From Octopus sinensis (taxonomy: Eukaryota): DNA of 64,000 bases. Each line of letters begins with the position of its first letter. The stretch's first letter is position 1. This document shows positions 1 to 12,862 of the stretch, piece after piece. Where the stretch lies: the NCBI RefSeq assembly GCF_006345805.1, contig NC_043005.1, positions 44,702,001-44,766,000 of the forward strand, given 5' to 3'. The notes beneath the pieces were generated by a model. That model was not told where the DNA came from. It ran no database searches and was given only the letters and a program-made list of their open reading frames with translations. The position numbers and the translations under genes are program-made.

Positions 1-278
1 CAGAATATATCAATATTTTAATTAACATTGTATATATAAATAGATGTAAACACCTTGTTAAATTTTGCCAATTTATTCCCATTTAGTAGGACTTCAGTCA
101 TCATCCTGGAAAGAATGGAAAGCAAAACTGACTTTAGATGGATTCTATTTCAGAGTACAGTAAGCTGGAAGAAATGCCACAATGTATTTTATTCAATGTC
201 CCAACAACTCTATTAAATTGCCTTCTCTGTTCTGTTACAATTTCTTTGTGACTCCTAACATTTGCTATACCAATCCAA

Positions 279-739
279 CCCTTTAGCATTTGCAGCATCC
301 TGTCAAATGTAATGCTCGTATATTCATTTTGTTTTGAATTATGCATTATCTTGTAGTTTTGAAATTTTGATGATAATGATCATCATCATTGTTTAACATC
401 CGTTTTCCATGCTAGCACAGGTTGGACGGTTCGACTGGGGTCTGGGAAGCCAGGAAGCTGCACCAGGCTCCAGTCTGATCTGGCAGTGTTTCTACAGCTG
501 GATGCCCTTCCTAACGCCAACCCCTACGTGAGTGTAGTGGGTGCTTTTTACGTGCCACCGGCACAAGTGCCAGGGGAGGCTGGCAGTAGCCACGATTGGT
601 TGGTGCTTTTTACGTGCCACCAGCACAGAAAGGTGGTTGTATATTTTTAGAATGACATTGTATGGCAGGTGGGAGATGTTGAATCTCACTGGTATAAACA
701 TGAAACAGGCAGAATATGGTCAGTTTAAAAGCTAAATGG
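279..739. mobile_element. piggyBac-like (TTAA-ended) MITE, interrupted by an RTE 3' fragment
   Basis: Starts CCCTTTAGCATT and ends GCTAAATGG followed by TTAA; internal sequence is shared with copies at 2870-3088 and (reverse) 32506-32727. Confidence 0.6.
380..630 (-). mobile_element. RTE LINE 3' UTR fragment with (GAT)n tail
   Basis: Reverse complement of the 3' end of the RTE at 24408-25140 (GGCATCCAGCTGTAGAAACACTGCCAGATC...CATGCTAGCATGGAAA...GATGATGAT). Confidence 0.8.
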
Positions 740-2869
740 TTAAAGTAGATTAATAAATGGGGAAGCAATCAATGTATATAGAATATAGTGAATATCTTAC
801 ATAAAGATCTAGTACTGAAATTGAATCTATAACGTATGAACCACAAGTTGATCATTTTAACCATGATGTTGCACCACTTTGGTAACACAACCATTAAACC
901 TCTACCTTGACGCCCAATTATCACATGTCTTTGGCACAAAATTAATATTCCTCAATTTTAACATGGTAGTATAAGTTCATAGTTCCTGATTAAAGAAATT
1001 AGTCTTTGAGAATCATTAGTACTATTTTAATAGTCATTATCAATCTAAATGTTACACCAACTGATTAGTCATTTTTACAGACAATGTCGCTAATCTCAGA
1101 AAAAGGTTAATTTCAGACAATCATACAGGAAAAAACAGACGTCAGAAAATTTGAAGATAATTCAATATAAATGTATTAACAGATCCTTTTATGTGTTATT
1201 CATACTCTTGCGCTGCGTAAATTGAAACTGTCATCAATTTTAGTGTCAGAAGACTAAACTTTTTCCAAAGTAAAATGACACAACTTTTTCTTATCTAAGT
1301 TCTCAATTTTCACCAAGAAAATGCTGGAAGAAAGTAATTTAAAGGATGATTCCCACTTAGTATTATCTGTAAATTATATATAGGGAAAAGGTTATCATTA
1401 CCATCATCATCATTGTCATCATCATCGTCATCATCATCATCAACATAAACAGCAGCATTAACAATGCTTAAAATAACCAAATATTAATGCATTTGTTATT
1501 TTATTTTTCCACTCTACATACAAAATTCATTAAAGGAAAATATCGGGATCAAAATATTTGTCATTCTCCCAAATGTACCCTTAAATCAATAGAAAGTTAA
1601 ATATTGAAAATATGTTGAAAATATTCCCATAGCATTTATATATTTATTAAAATCTATTCAAAAGATAGAGAATAATGTAATTGTCTGTGTATCTAAGTGA
1701 GTTTATTCTAGAAACTTGAATCATTTAACCATCATTGCAATAATTAAAATCCGGCTAATATGGAGAAGTTATTTAATTTTTTTAAAGTATATATGTATTT
1801 TAGTTGTTATTGAGAACCTGAACAAATTTCAAATTTGATGTTTCTAAAACAAAGACGTACCTGTTAATTTGAAGTGTTACGAGCAATGGAAATAAAATAA
1901 AATTATGCTTGGTAAATAACAATTCTGTCCACTCTTAATGAATTAAGAAAATGTTAAGAATATCTCTTTCATTTTAATTTACAACTGAAACTCTTGTTTA
2001 ATTATATATTTGAAAGATACTTCAAACTCTACAATATAAAGCCTTTTACATCTAATATGTATTCTCCAAATTAATTACGTTTTGGATTTTTTTTCTCTTT
2101 CTCTCACCTTTTATTACAATAATCTATAAAGCTAAATTTCCAAAGATTTTCTACTGCTTTTGTAAATCTAATGGCAACTCAATGTCTGAAGTTAGTTCAT
2201 TAATCATACAAAGTGCCCATCTAACAGTAAAGATTTGTCATTACATCACAAAGCTCTAATGCTGAACACTTCAATTCTAAACATTTAATGATCTAATCAT
2301 GTGCTTACAATGGTTTAGCAGTAACCACTTACTGAGAATGCATCTCATACAGACCTCCAGCGGTAGCTTATTAACCAGTCTATTCAATTTTAATGAAACA
2401 TGAAAATCATCTTCATTATTAATAGTTTTAAAGAAAGTCCAGCAACCTTTTGAAAATTATCTCAACGATATATGCATGGCAGTGTCAAAAATCATCTTAT
2501 GACAAATTATTTGAATGTTTTACACTTGACTTTACTTACAATATTGCTCATAAAAATTTATAACATATTTGATTCAATAATGTCAAATTTATTTAGTGAA
2601 CATAAACTGTAGAAGACCATCTCTAATAAGAAATCAGCCAGTAAATTTATCAATCCTTAGAGTGAAATTTTTACCAGTAAATAAATCATTTGATATTCTT
2701 ATACTCTTCCTCAAAATATTGTCTTGACATTTATTAATTATTTAACTTAGACTCAACAATCTGAGAAAGTTTACCAAATAAATAGTGTGTAAAATTATTG
2801 TGGTAACGATTTGCTTGTTATGTAGTGAAACATCTGCCACTGACAACATTGCCAAAAAAAGTTTCTGAA

Positions 2870-3088
2870 CCTTTTAGCATTCGGATTACTCTGTCAAATG
2901 TAATGTTTATTTATTCACATTATTTTGAATATCGCTTGCATTGTCTCATAGCTTTGAGATTTCAATGATGTGATTGTTTATTTTAAGAATGACATTGTAG
3001 TGTAGATGTGAGAGGCTGGATATGACCAGTTTGGATATAAAACAGGAAGAGTATTTAAGCTGGTAAGACTGGATTACATACTAAGGGG
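2870..3088. mobile_element. piggyBac-like MITE, intact ~220 bp copy
   Basis: CCTTTTAGCATT ... CTAAGGGG + TTAA; same internal sequence as 279-739. Confidence 0.6.
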
Positions 3089-3489
3089 TTAAAGGTGACT
3101 AAACTTTGGAGTGAAACAAGGGTTTAAACATAACTCTTTTAAAAGAATTAGCAGTTTATTCTGTTGTTTGGTTCACTAAAAACTTTGTCTCAGTTTTTTT
3201 CAAGAAGGAAAAATTCAAGAAAATACATATATAGACACTCAGGAAATATAGAATTAAAAAACTTGTTTAACAAAATATAGAACTAACATGTATATCTTTA
3301 TAAATCTAAAACAATCACACCAAGAATATGCAATGACTAAAGAACACCAGACTTAGAATCATAATGATAATTTATTCTTTTGCATCATGCTAGAAAATAT
3401 TTAAATTACAAGAGATAACATTTTACTTATAAGAATTTCTTTGATAAAGTATTTCTAGTTTAATGGGTAGCAGTAGAGTGTGGAATATA

Positions 3490-3710
3490 TACTCTTTTAC
3501 TTGTTTTAGTAATTAGATTGTGGTCATGCTGGGGCATCACACTGAAGAATTTTGGTCAAATGAATTGACCCCAGTATTTACTTTTTAAAACCTGGTACTT
3601 ATTCTACCAGTCTCTTTTGTCAAACTGCTAAGTTATGGGGGATGTAAACACACCAACACCAGTTGTCAAGCAGTGCTGGGGAACAAAAGCAGACACAAAG
3701 ATGCACACAT

Positions 3711-3745
<35 letters not shown>

Positions 3746-3928
3746 TGTATATCTGTGTGTGTGCATGTGTATGACAGGCTTCTTTCAATTTCTGTCTGCT
3801 AAATCCACTCACAAGGCTTTGGTTGGTCCAAGACAGTAGTTGAAGATACTTGCCTAAGGTGCTACACAGTGGTACTGAACCCAGAACCATGTGGTTGGAA
3901 AGCAAACTACTTACCAGACAACCATGCC
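3490..3928 (-). mobile_element. tRNA-derived SINE family 1 (CORE-like centre, internal (TG)n, GAGTAAAA tail)
   Basis: Reverse-strand copy of the SINE at 5540-6000. Confidence 0.8.
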
Positions 3929-4831
3929 TATAAATCAGGTTTTAAATTTATTGTACTATCAAACAAGATTTAATGACCAGAAAATTGTTTGTAAACATTC
4001 ACCCCAACTAGTCTGATGAACGATGAATGAATTCAAAGACTGGTGACACACTGCTTGAAAGTTTGGCCATTAAAAACACAATGCTAATTTCGATGAAATA
4101 GGAGAGAAAAGAATTTTTGTTGTAGAAAGTAGATTACTTTTTAAGTATTGGACTTATAGATTTGGATTGTAGAATTGGAAGAGTCTTTTGGTATTTAGTG
4201 ACATTCCTTTATATTTGTTTAGTTCAAATCCAACCAACATTTGCTTTGCCTTTCATCGTTTTAAGACTGATAAAATAAATATCAATAATGTAAAACCTGT
4301 AAACTTTGGACAATGCTGCATATGTAATTGAAACTGAACTAACCTGTTGTATATTATAACATCAAAAACTGCAAAGCATCATTGATGTTCAGTTTGGATT
4401 GTTATAAGGAATAAACATTAGGCAAAATATGAGCAAGGGAAAAAAAAAGTTCAAAAGACTATATAAATATTTGTCCAGACTGAGTTCAATATGCAATTTG
4501 ATAAACCACAATGGAGATGGTGAATGTAATAAATTGCTTTATAAGATGAATAACCTGATAAATTACTGATGCATTAGCAGTGTTTGTTTTTTATATGCAA
4601 TCATTTTGTACAAAACAAAACCTGTAGACTTCAGACAATACTGCATGTACAAAGGAAACTAAACTAACCTAAAGTAAATATTGCAAAACAGTTATAGAAT
4701 GATAGTCAGTTGTCAGTGAAATCCCAATAAAGATTGAAACTGGTTCATCTGATCCGTCTTTTCCTGCCCACCATGTGACTGGAGGAACATAATAACTGTT
4801 TATGACTGCCCAATATATTTGATGAAGTTTA

Positions 4832-4834
<3 letters not shown>

Positions 4835-4871
<37 letters not shown>

Positions 4872-4902
4872 GCATATATGTATATGCATATATATATGCA
4901 TA

Positions 4903-4963
<61 letters not shown>

Positions 4964-4988
4964 TTATATATATGCATATATATATATA

Positions 4989-5086
<98 letters not shown>

Positions 5087-5110
5087 AATACATACATACA
5101 CATATATATA
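4835..5110. repeat. cryptic (TA)n microsatellite
   Basis: Visible TA dinucleotide array with CA/TG interruptions; explains the IYIY ORFs. Confidence 0.95.
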
Positions 5111-5539
5111 CACACACACATGTCAGTGTTGGCTGACATCTATAGGTTTGTTCTGTAGTATATTATAGCATGAAAAACAAACTCTGCACATACATGAGTA
5201 ATCTATTGATCAAACTAAATGCCAAAGACATGCAATTTACACAAACAAGTGTATTAGATTTAATAAAAACCTGAATAATAGTGGTTATACACACAATGTT
5301 ATCATAGACAAAGCAAAATAGTTGCAGATGAAGCCTTAACAAAAATTGAAAGCAGTTCATCTGATCCCTTTTTTTTTCTGTCCATAGTGAGATTGTATAA
5401 AAAGCCAATTGTCTATGACCACTGTTCATTGTATTTAAGCTTAATATACAAATGCATTGTCAGCTAAAATCAATGTGGTTGTTCTGTAGTATGTTATGGA
5501 ATAAAATGGTGTCCACCAACATATTCAAATATAGGACTA

Positions 5540-6000
5540 GGAGTGGCTGTGTGGTAAGTAGCTTGCTTACCAACCACATGGTTCTGGGTTCAGTCCCACT
5601 GTGTGGCACCTTGAGCAAGAAGTGTCTTCTACTATAGCCTCAGGCTATAGAAGAAATGGATTTGGTAGACGGAAACTGAGAGAAGCCCATCTATCATATA
5701 TATATGTATATGTGTGTGCATGTGTGTGTATGTGTATGTGTGTGTGTATGTGTGTATGTATGTGTATGTGTGTGTGTGTATGTGTGTGTTTGTGTGTCTA
5801 TGTTTGTCCCCCCAACATCACTTGACAACTGATGCTGGTGTGTTTACGTCCCCGTAACTTAGTGGTTTGGCAAAAGACACTGATAAAATATGTACTAGGC
5901 TTACAAAGAATAAGTCCTGAGGTCGATTTGCTTGACTCTAGGCGGTGCTCTAGCATGGCCACAGTCAAATGACTGAAACAAGTAAGAGAGTAAAAGAGTA
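5540..6000 (+). mobile_element. tRNA-derived SINE family 1, full length
   Basis: Head GGAGTGGCTGTGTGGTAAGTAGC with A box and GGTTCAGTCCC B box, CACCTTGAGCAAG CORE-like segment, tail GACTGAAACAAGTAAGAGAGTAAAAGAGTA; more than 10 related copies in the window. Confidence 0.85.
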
Positions 6001-6509
6001 TAAAAAAATATCAGAAGAACCACATCATAGCAGTGGACCTGTGGTTGTAGATTACTGGTGTCAGGAACGTCAGTGTCCTGAGAATAATGAAAAAGAATAA
6101 GAGCCACTAATACTGCTGCCTGTTTTTGAATTAAAATTGTGGTCTTATATGAATTTGAACCATCAATATTTTGGATTAAGTATTCCTTACCACTACTACA
6201 CTGGAAGACAAAAATTGCCCAAATCTAAGCAATGGATGATTCAAAGCATATATTATTATAGAATGCACAAGAATATGTTCTTGCCAGGTGAGGTCTTCCA
6301 CTTACCTTTGTATATTGCTGTGTTGCTTATAAAGTTTTGCATACTCCAGTTTGACTCATTTTTCATTACTCAGCACCTGTCACTCCTTTCAGCAAGATAC
6401 AACAGTTGGGGATTTATGTTTTGCCTATCAAGCAGTCTTTTTTTGAAAATGATATCCATCAGTCTACAGGGTACAAAACTGCCATGTTCTGTTAGTGTGG
6501 AAAGTATAC

Positions 6510-6725
6510 TTGTTTCAAATTCTGGCACAAGGCCAGCAACCTTAGTGGAAGGGCTAAGTCAGTTACATTGACCCCAGTACTCAACTGGTATTTATTTTAT
6601 CAACCCCCAAAACAAAGAAAGGTAAAGTTGACCTCGGCAGAATGTGAACTCAGGACATAAAGATTGATGAAATGCTGTTTAGCATTTTGCCTGGCATTTT
6701 TGCGATTCTGCCAGCTTGCTGCCTT
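6510..6725 (-). mobile_element. tRNA-derived SINE family 2
   Basis: Reverse of GGCAGCAAGCTGGCAGAATC...GAGTTCA..TTCYGCCGAGGTCAACTTT; other copies at 14820-15225(-), 20870-21087(+), 33220-33345(-), 52572-52790(+). Confidence 0.75.
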
Positions 6726-7749
6726 AGTGTGGATTTAATTGTGCAAAACTGTTTAAGGCGGAAATATTTTCTGGCTTCAACATAATGATAAAGAGAATAA
6801 CGACAAAGGGATTTTATAGCTTAGTCAGAGAAGTAAAAGCAGCAAACATAAAGATTTATCAGAGGCCTATTCAGAAAGCTTGCATCAGATTTGACTTTTC
6901 TAAAAGCACCCAAGAGCCTTGTTGGGGTGTTAAATTAGACAACAAATTACATGTCTGACTTAAGAACTAACTTTGTTATAGATTTTTCTGTATCTTTCAA
7001 TTTTAACTCATAAAGCTTAAGTTTGGCTTGAGATGATAACAGAAGATATTTGCTGAAGGTTTTACATCTTTAAATCTCCTAAACTGTTATGTTTCCCTAC
7101 CTTTGTTGCTAAATGCCATAAACACTCAGATACTTACTATGTTCTTCAACTTTCATACCCTTGTATATCAGGTGGTGACTGTTAGCAAATTTAAAATGTA
7201 TGTATAGCTCGCTGCCTCCATAAACATCAGAACAAATCACCACCATCACCATCACCATCACCATCACCACCACCTAGGGTGCAGCACGGGCACTTTTAGG
7301 AAACACTACTCTAAATCATACAGCCATGGTGTCTGTGCCCATAGTAACAAAAGAGTAAAAAAGAAAATGAAGCATAAAAATAGTTTTATGCTTTAGTTAA
7401 GTTATTCATAAATGGTAAGGACAAATTAGTCTGTCAGAAAACAAGAAAACAGTGGAAGACGAATAAATAGAATAAAAATAGCAGACAATAAAGAAGCAAT
7501 AGTATGGGTTGTCTGTGATTAATTGGAAACAGTTTAGAACCAACAAAGTAAATTATAAGCAGAAACAATTTTGCTGACATATTCAATATATTCTAATATA
7601 CAGATATCTGTAAAATATAAAATAAAACCAGAATATTTTACAGGATAATGTAGTAATCCAGAAATATATTTACATTTACATGAAAAAATTTGACCAAAAT
7701 ATGCATGTGGTATTTTGCTATTTTTGCTATTGTTTGTTTGCTTGTATGT

Positions 7750-8210
7750 GTGCATGTGTGTGTGTGTGTGTGTGTGTATACATGTATATATAGACACACA
7801 CATGCACGTGCTCACAAACTCACACACATACACGAATATATACTGGTTTTGTGTTTGGCTTGCAAGATTCTTGATGTGGACTTGTGCATTGAAACAAATT
7901 TTATTATAAATCAGAAGACCAGTAACCCCATAAAGGGAGAATTGATTTGAACTGTGATACCTCATCCAACGGATACCAACATGGAAAATGGATTTGTGAG
8001 TAAGAAGCTAGCTTCCCAAACAAGTGGCCTTGGGTTCAAATTCACTGTGAGGTAAATGTATACATACATACATACATACATACATACATACATACATACA
8101 TACATACATACATACACACACACACATACACACACATATATATTTATATATTTATGTGTATGTGTATGTGTATATATTTATCTATGTATATATGTTTGTG
8201 TATATATATA

Positions 8211-8243
<33 letters not shown>

Positions 8244-8755
8244 ATACATGTATATATAGACACACACATGCACGTGCTCACAAACTCACACACATACACG
8301 AATATATACTGGTTTTGTGTTTGGCTTGCAAGATTCTTGATGTGGACTTGTGCATTGAAACAAATTTTATTATAAATCAGAAGACCAGTAACCCCATAAA
8401 GGGAGAATTGATTTGAACTGTGATACCTCATCCAACGTATACCAACATGGAAAATGGATTTGTGAGTAAGAAGCTAGCTTCCCAAACAAGTGGCCTTGGG
8501 TTCAAATTCACTGTGAGGTAAATGTATACATACATACATACATACAGACATACATACATACACATACATACATACATACATAACATACATACATACATAC
8601 TACATACATACATACATACATACATACATACATACACACACACACATACACACACATATATATTTATATATTTATGTGTATGTGTATGTGTATATATTTA
8701 TCTATGTATATATGTTTGTGTATATATATATGTATATGTGTGTGTGTGTGTGTGT
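7750..8755. repeat. local tandem duplication, ~467 bp unit, ~2.2 copies
   Basis: TATACATGTATATATAGACACACAC at ~7776 and ~8243; GGTAAATGTATACATAC at ~8051 and ~8518; near identical. Confidence 0.9.
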
Positions 8756-8756
8756 A

Positions 8757-9104
8757 ATATAAGGAAAATGGAGAGTTTGAACTCAGAAAAAAATTAATTT
8801 AGTTATGTAATAGTCAATTTAATATCGACTACATGTATCAATTTCTTACCTTCATTCACATTTTGTAATCAAGATTGCATTATGCATTTAAAAGGTAAAA
8901 ATCTTTTCAAGGCAAAAATTGGTGAATATTCATTCACATTCTAATGGATGGAGAGTTGCTTACAGAGATTTTTAACTTTTAAATGCATAAAACAATCTTA
9001 ATTGTAAAATATGAATGATGGTAAGAAATTGAAACGTACGAAGGCAATATGAAACTGACTATTACATAAATAAATTGAATTCAAACTCTCCATTTTCCTT
9101 ATAT
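8757..9104. mobile_element. Tc1/mariner-type MITE with ~28 bp TIRs and TA TSD
   Basis: ATATAAGGAAAATGGAGAGTTTGAA at 8757, with its reverse complement ending at 9104; TA on both sides. Confidence 0.7.
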
Positions 9105-9321
9105 TATATTATTAAAATTCTGTTCTCCTATATTAAATAGATGAAAACATCTACAACGACAACAGGAACGTGTTAACATTAATACTAATACAAATTAATG
9201 AAATCCCAAATATATTAATCTATATGGAGCTAAACCAGTGTATGCTTGAATAAAATACATCTTTGTGAAAGACCAGACTCTTTCCATTTGAAACTTCATA
9301 TATATATATATATATATATAT

Positions 9322-9509
9322 ATAAATTAGAAAAAAACACCTTTTATCAATTCAAATGACTATAGTAAAAAAATTAATAGTAGTAGTAAAATCACTTCGA
9401 TATAAATATAAATTTAATGACTTGTACTAGCATTGTGTATATTAATTAATTTTAAAGTATTGAATAATTTAAGTACTGTTTTAGTTTTCACTTAATGTAT
9501 ATTTAGTAT

Positions 9510-9544
<35 letters not shown>

Positions 9545-9858
9545 GTATATTTATTAATGAATTATTTTATCATTCTAGTTTATTTTAACCTGATGAGTGG
9601 CTATATTTATATCGAAGTGATTTTACTACTACTATTAATTTTTTTACAATAATCATTTCTTAAATATAGCCACGAAACATGTGTCATTATTCTACCAATT
9701 ATATGCGCTTTTATTATTATTATTTTTTTGCAATTTACTTAATCATTGGTATTTTATTGTTATTTTAATTTTAACATTTCTATTATAAGTAATTTTCGAG
9801 ATGGTGTAATTTAACTGTTCATTTTGAATTGATAAAAGGTGTTTTTTTTCTAATTTAT
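9322..9858 (+). mobile_element. non-autonomous (TA)n-associated element with inverted arms and a hammerhead motif (probably Penelope-derived)
   Basis: 9322-9357 inverts 9819-9858; 9354-9410 inverts 9602-9658; hammerhead motif at 9586-9689; diverged left arm also at 63343-63460. Confidence 0.55.
9586..9689 (+). ncRNA. type I hammerhead ribozyme motif A (minimal stem III, 51 nt stem II insert)
   Basis: CTGATGA 9590-9596; perfect 13 bp stem II GTGGCTATATTTA/TAAATATAGCCAC; GAAAC-ATGT-GTC; stem I TAAC/ATTA with one mismatch. Confidence 0.65.
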
Positions 9859-10065
9859 ATCCAGTCAGATCTGGTAGTGTGACTGGGCCTGACGAAGCCT
9901 TCCAGCTTCACAGACCCCAGTTGACCCGTCCAACCCATGCTAGCATGGAAAGCGGACGCTAAACGATGATGATGATGATGATGATATTATATTGTGGGAA
10001 ATTTGATTTAGCATTTCTAAATTGAATATTTTCTCCTTGTAAGTTAGGATTAACAATCCTTCAAA

Positions 10066-10110
<45 letters not shown>

Positions 10111-11169
10111 TATATAATATATATATATATATGCATATGCATATATATGTATATACACACACATATATAATACACACACACACACACAAACATATACACA
10201 TTTGTTTCTGCACCCATATCAGCTTTAGGCTGCTAAGTTTATATTCATATGCCATATTATGAAATTATTCTTTATAATTACTCTATAGTTGAATGTTTTC
10301 CAGCAACAGCTGTGGGTGCTTCATCAGGTGGAATACAATTAAGTCCTGCTGTGTGTGTGAGTGTTTGTGTTTGTGTGTGTGTGTGGGGGTGCACATGCGT
10401 GTGTGTGTGTATGTGTGTATGTGTGTGTGTGTATCTATGTCTGCTTGTGTTGTATGTTCCCCACCACTGTTTCACAATTGATATTGGTTTGCTTATACCT
10501 CTGATACCTAGTGGTTCAGCAAAAGAGACCAATAGAATGAGAACCAGACTGAAAAAAGGAAGTAAGTGCTGGGGTTGATTTGTCTGACTAAATCCTTCAA
10601 GACAGTACCCCTGCAGTCCAATGACTGAAAGAAGTAAAAGATAGAAGATAAAGTAACAGGGTCATAACACTGGTCAACAGCCAATTTTCATCAAGGATAT
10701 TAAATGGTGTTTTATATGTAGTTTTGTCTGTAGATTTCAAAAATGTTATCTGTACACAATAATTTTAATTTTGTACAATAAAAAGCCATGAAATTATCAT
10801 ATCTTGTATTCAATATACTTTATATAAACATGCTTTACACATCCTATAAGTTAAAACAGCAGGTATCATTAACATGAAAATGTGACCTGATAGAGGAAAT
10901 CGGACTACAGATTTGTAATCAGTATCAAAAGTTAACCCAGAAAAGTCAATCAGCAACTCTGATGATTAAAAAAACTTTCATTTTGTGTGTATGTGTGTGA
11001 GAATAAGGACATATGTGATGATGGATTGAGAAATCCTTTGATAGAGGAGGATAAAAACAAAGGCACAGAACTGTTGAAATGTGTTAGACCAAGACATCAA
11101 AAATGCTAATGTACAGAAATAAGCAACAGGCAGACTCAAGCAGACTGATGCATACATACATTATACATC

Positions 11170-11510
11170 CGTTTTGTATGTATGTGTAGCACTCTGTTGG
11201 TTATGACGATGTGGGTTCCATTTGGTCCAATCAATGGAACACCCAGCTTGTAAAATTAATGTATATGTGTCTGAGCACTTCACAGACAAGCGCACCCTTA
11301 ACGTAATTCTCAGGGAGATTCAGTATGGCACAGAGTGTGACAAGGTTGGCTCTTTGAAATACAGGCACTACTCATTTTTGCCCATGAACAGACTGAAGCA
11401 ACATAAAGTAAAGTGTCTTGATCAAGGACACAATGCATTGCTGGGAATTGACCTCATGACCTTACGAATGCGAACCAAATACCTTAATTACTAAGCTATG
11501 CACCTTCACA
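11170..11510 (-). mobile_element. tRNA-derived SINE family 3 (Meta-domain-like)
   Basis: Reverse strand tRNA-like head followed by TTGTGTCCTTGATCAAGACACTTTAC; related copies at 11995-12270(+), 51827-52060(+), 56270-56400(+); family naming from memory, unverified. Confidence 0.55.
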
Positions 11511-11599
11511 TATATCCAGTTTTATAGCTCCAGTATATCAATAATTGCAATAATTGCAACTTGGAGATCAGGGGGTCTCTCCAGGCCATGCCACTAATT

Positions 11600-11880
11600 C
11601 TCCACACTGAGAGATCACAACTCCAGCATTACTGACATGTGATTAGAATGTCACAAGATTCTTCAAGCTGAGCCAACCAGCAAGAGACTTAAGGATGTAC
11701 CAGGAACAAAATGGTTGGATAATATCCATAGTCTCATGCGCGGGATTCCTGCTGGAAAGCCTGATGGTTGCTTCTGATAGGACCAAATGGAGGAGGTGCA
11801 TGAGAAATCAATCTTCACAAAATCCATCTTAGGACCAGATGATGGAGAAAACAGATAGATGGATGAATTGAGGGCACATC
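11600..11880 (+). mobile_element. decayed RTE-like LINE C-terminal fragment
   Basis: Translates to ...HVIRMSQDSS...PGTKWLDNIHSL...ASDRTKWRRCMRN, resembling the RTE RT C-terminus. Confidence 0.5.
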
Positions 11881-12463
11881 ATTCATGAGGTTGTTAATGG
11901 GACCAAATGGACTTAATCAAACCAGTTGATTGAGTAATCAATTGGATGACTGGTTAAGTGATCGATTAGTTAATAGGTTAATTAGATAACTACTTGAGCA
12001 AGTGGCTCAGTGGTTAGAGCATCGGGTTTACAACCATGAGCTAATGAGTTCGGTTCTCAGTCCATGCTGTGTGTTATGTTCTTGAGCAAGACACTTTATT
12101 TTACGTTACTCCAGTTCACTCGGCTGTAGGAATGAGTTGCAGCATCACTGGTGTCAAGCTGTATCAGCCTTTGCTTTTCCATTGGATAACATCGGTGGCA
12201 TGGAGAGGGATGGCAGCTATGCATGGATGACTGCTGGTCTTCCATAAACAACCTTGCCTGGACTTGTGAATTGACTAACAATAGTAAAAAGAAATGAAAT
12301 ATGAAATAAATCCTATGTGAGTGTGTGCATTTTTATTAGCAAATTTAGAAGATACAACAACATTTGTTTCAAAATATGATTTCATATCACAAATCTTGTA
12401 AAACATCAATAAAAAAAAATCTCATACATAGTTTCAGGCTTGAATTAATTTTATTTCCTCTCT

Positions 12464-12862
12464 GGAGTGGTTGTGTGGTAAGTAGCTTGCTTACCAGCCA
12501 CATGTATTTGGGTCCAGTTCCACTGAATGGCACCTTCAGCAAGTGTCTTCTGCTATAGCTTCAGGCCGACCAAAGCCTTGTGAGTGGATTTGGTAGATGG
12601 AAACTGAAAGAAGCCTGTCATATATATGTATATAAATGTATGTGGGTGTTGGTGTTTGTGTGTCTGTGTTTATCCCCCCAACATCGCTTGACAACCGATG
12701 CTAGTGTGTTTGCATCCCTGTAACTTAGCGGTTTGGCAAAGGAGACCGATAGAGTAAGTATTAGGCTTACAAAGACTAAGTCCTGGGGTCGATTTACTCG
12801 ACTAAAGGCGGTGCTCCAGCATGGCCGCAGTCAAATGACTGAAACAAGTAAAAGAGTAAAAA
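12464..12862 (+). mobile_element. tRNA-derived SINE family 1, full length
   Basis: Same head, centre and tail as 5540-6000. Confidence 0.85.

Noticed and set aside
1081-1154. Possible + strand exon DNVANLRKRLISDNHTGKNRRQKI* after a CTGAT branch point and TTTTTACAG acceptor
   Set aside because: Only 24 codons, ambiguous frame and donor, no linkable neighbour; needs RNA-seq
4012-4060. CTGATGA possibly from a hammerhead
   Set aside because: No GAAA in register and no convincing stems II or III
4690-4800. Minus-strand open frame [18 protein letters not shown]
   Set aside because: No good splice sites, and part of it is repeated at ~5355, suggesting repeat origin
5540-5610. tRNA genes at SINE heads (also 11995, 51827, 52572)
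   Set aside because: A and B boxes are present but there is no complete cloverleaf, and each continues into a SINE body
6306-6462. Minus-strand exon-like segment with good splice sites and an in-frame TGA (selenocysteine idea)
   Set aside because: No selenoprotein motif, no SECIS seen, and stops in the other frames
10270-10335. Minus-strand CTGATGA-AGCA..TGCT-GGAAA hammerhead-like string
   Set aside because: No NUH followed by a strand complementary to stem I
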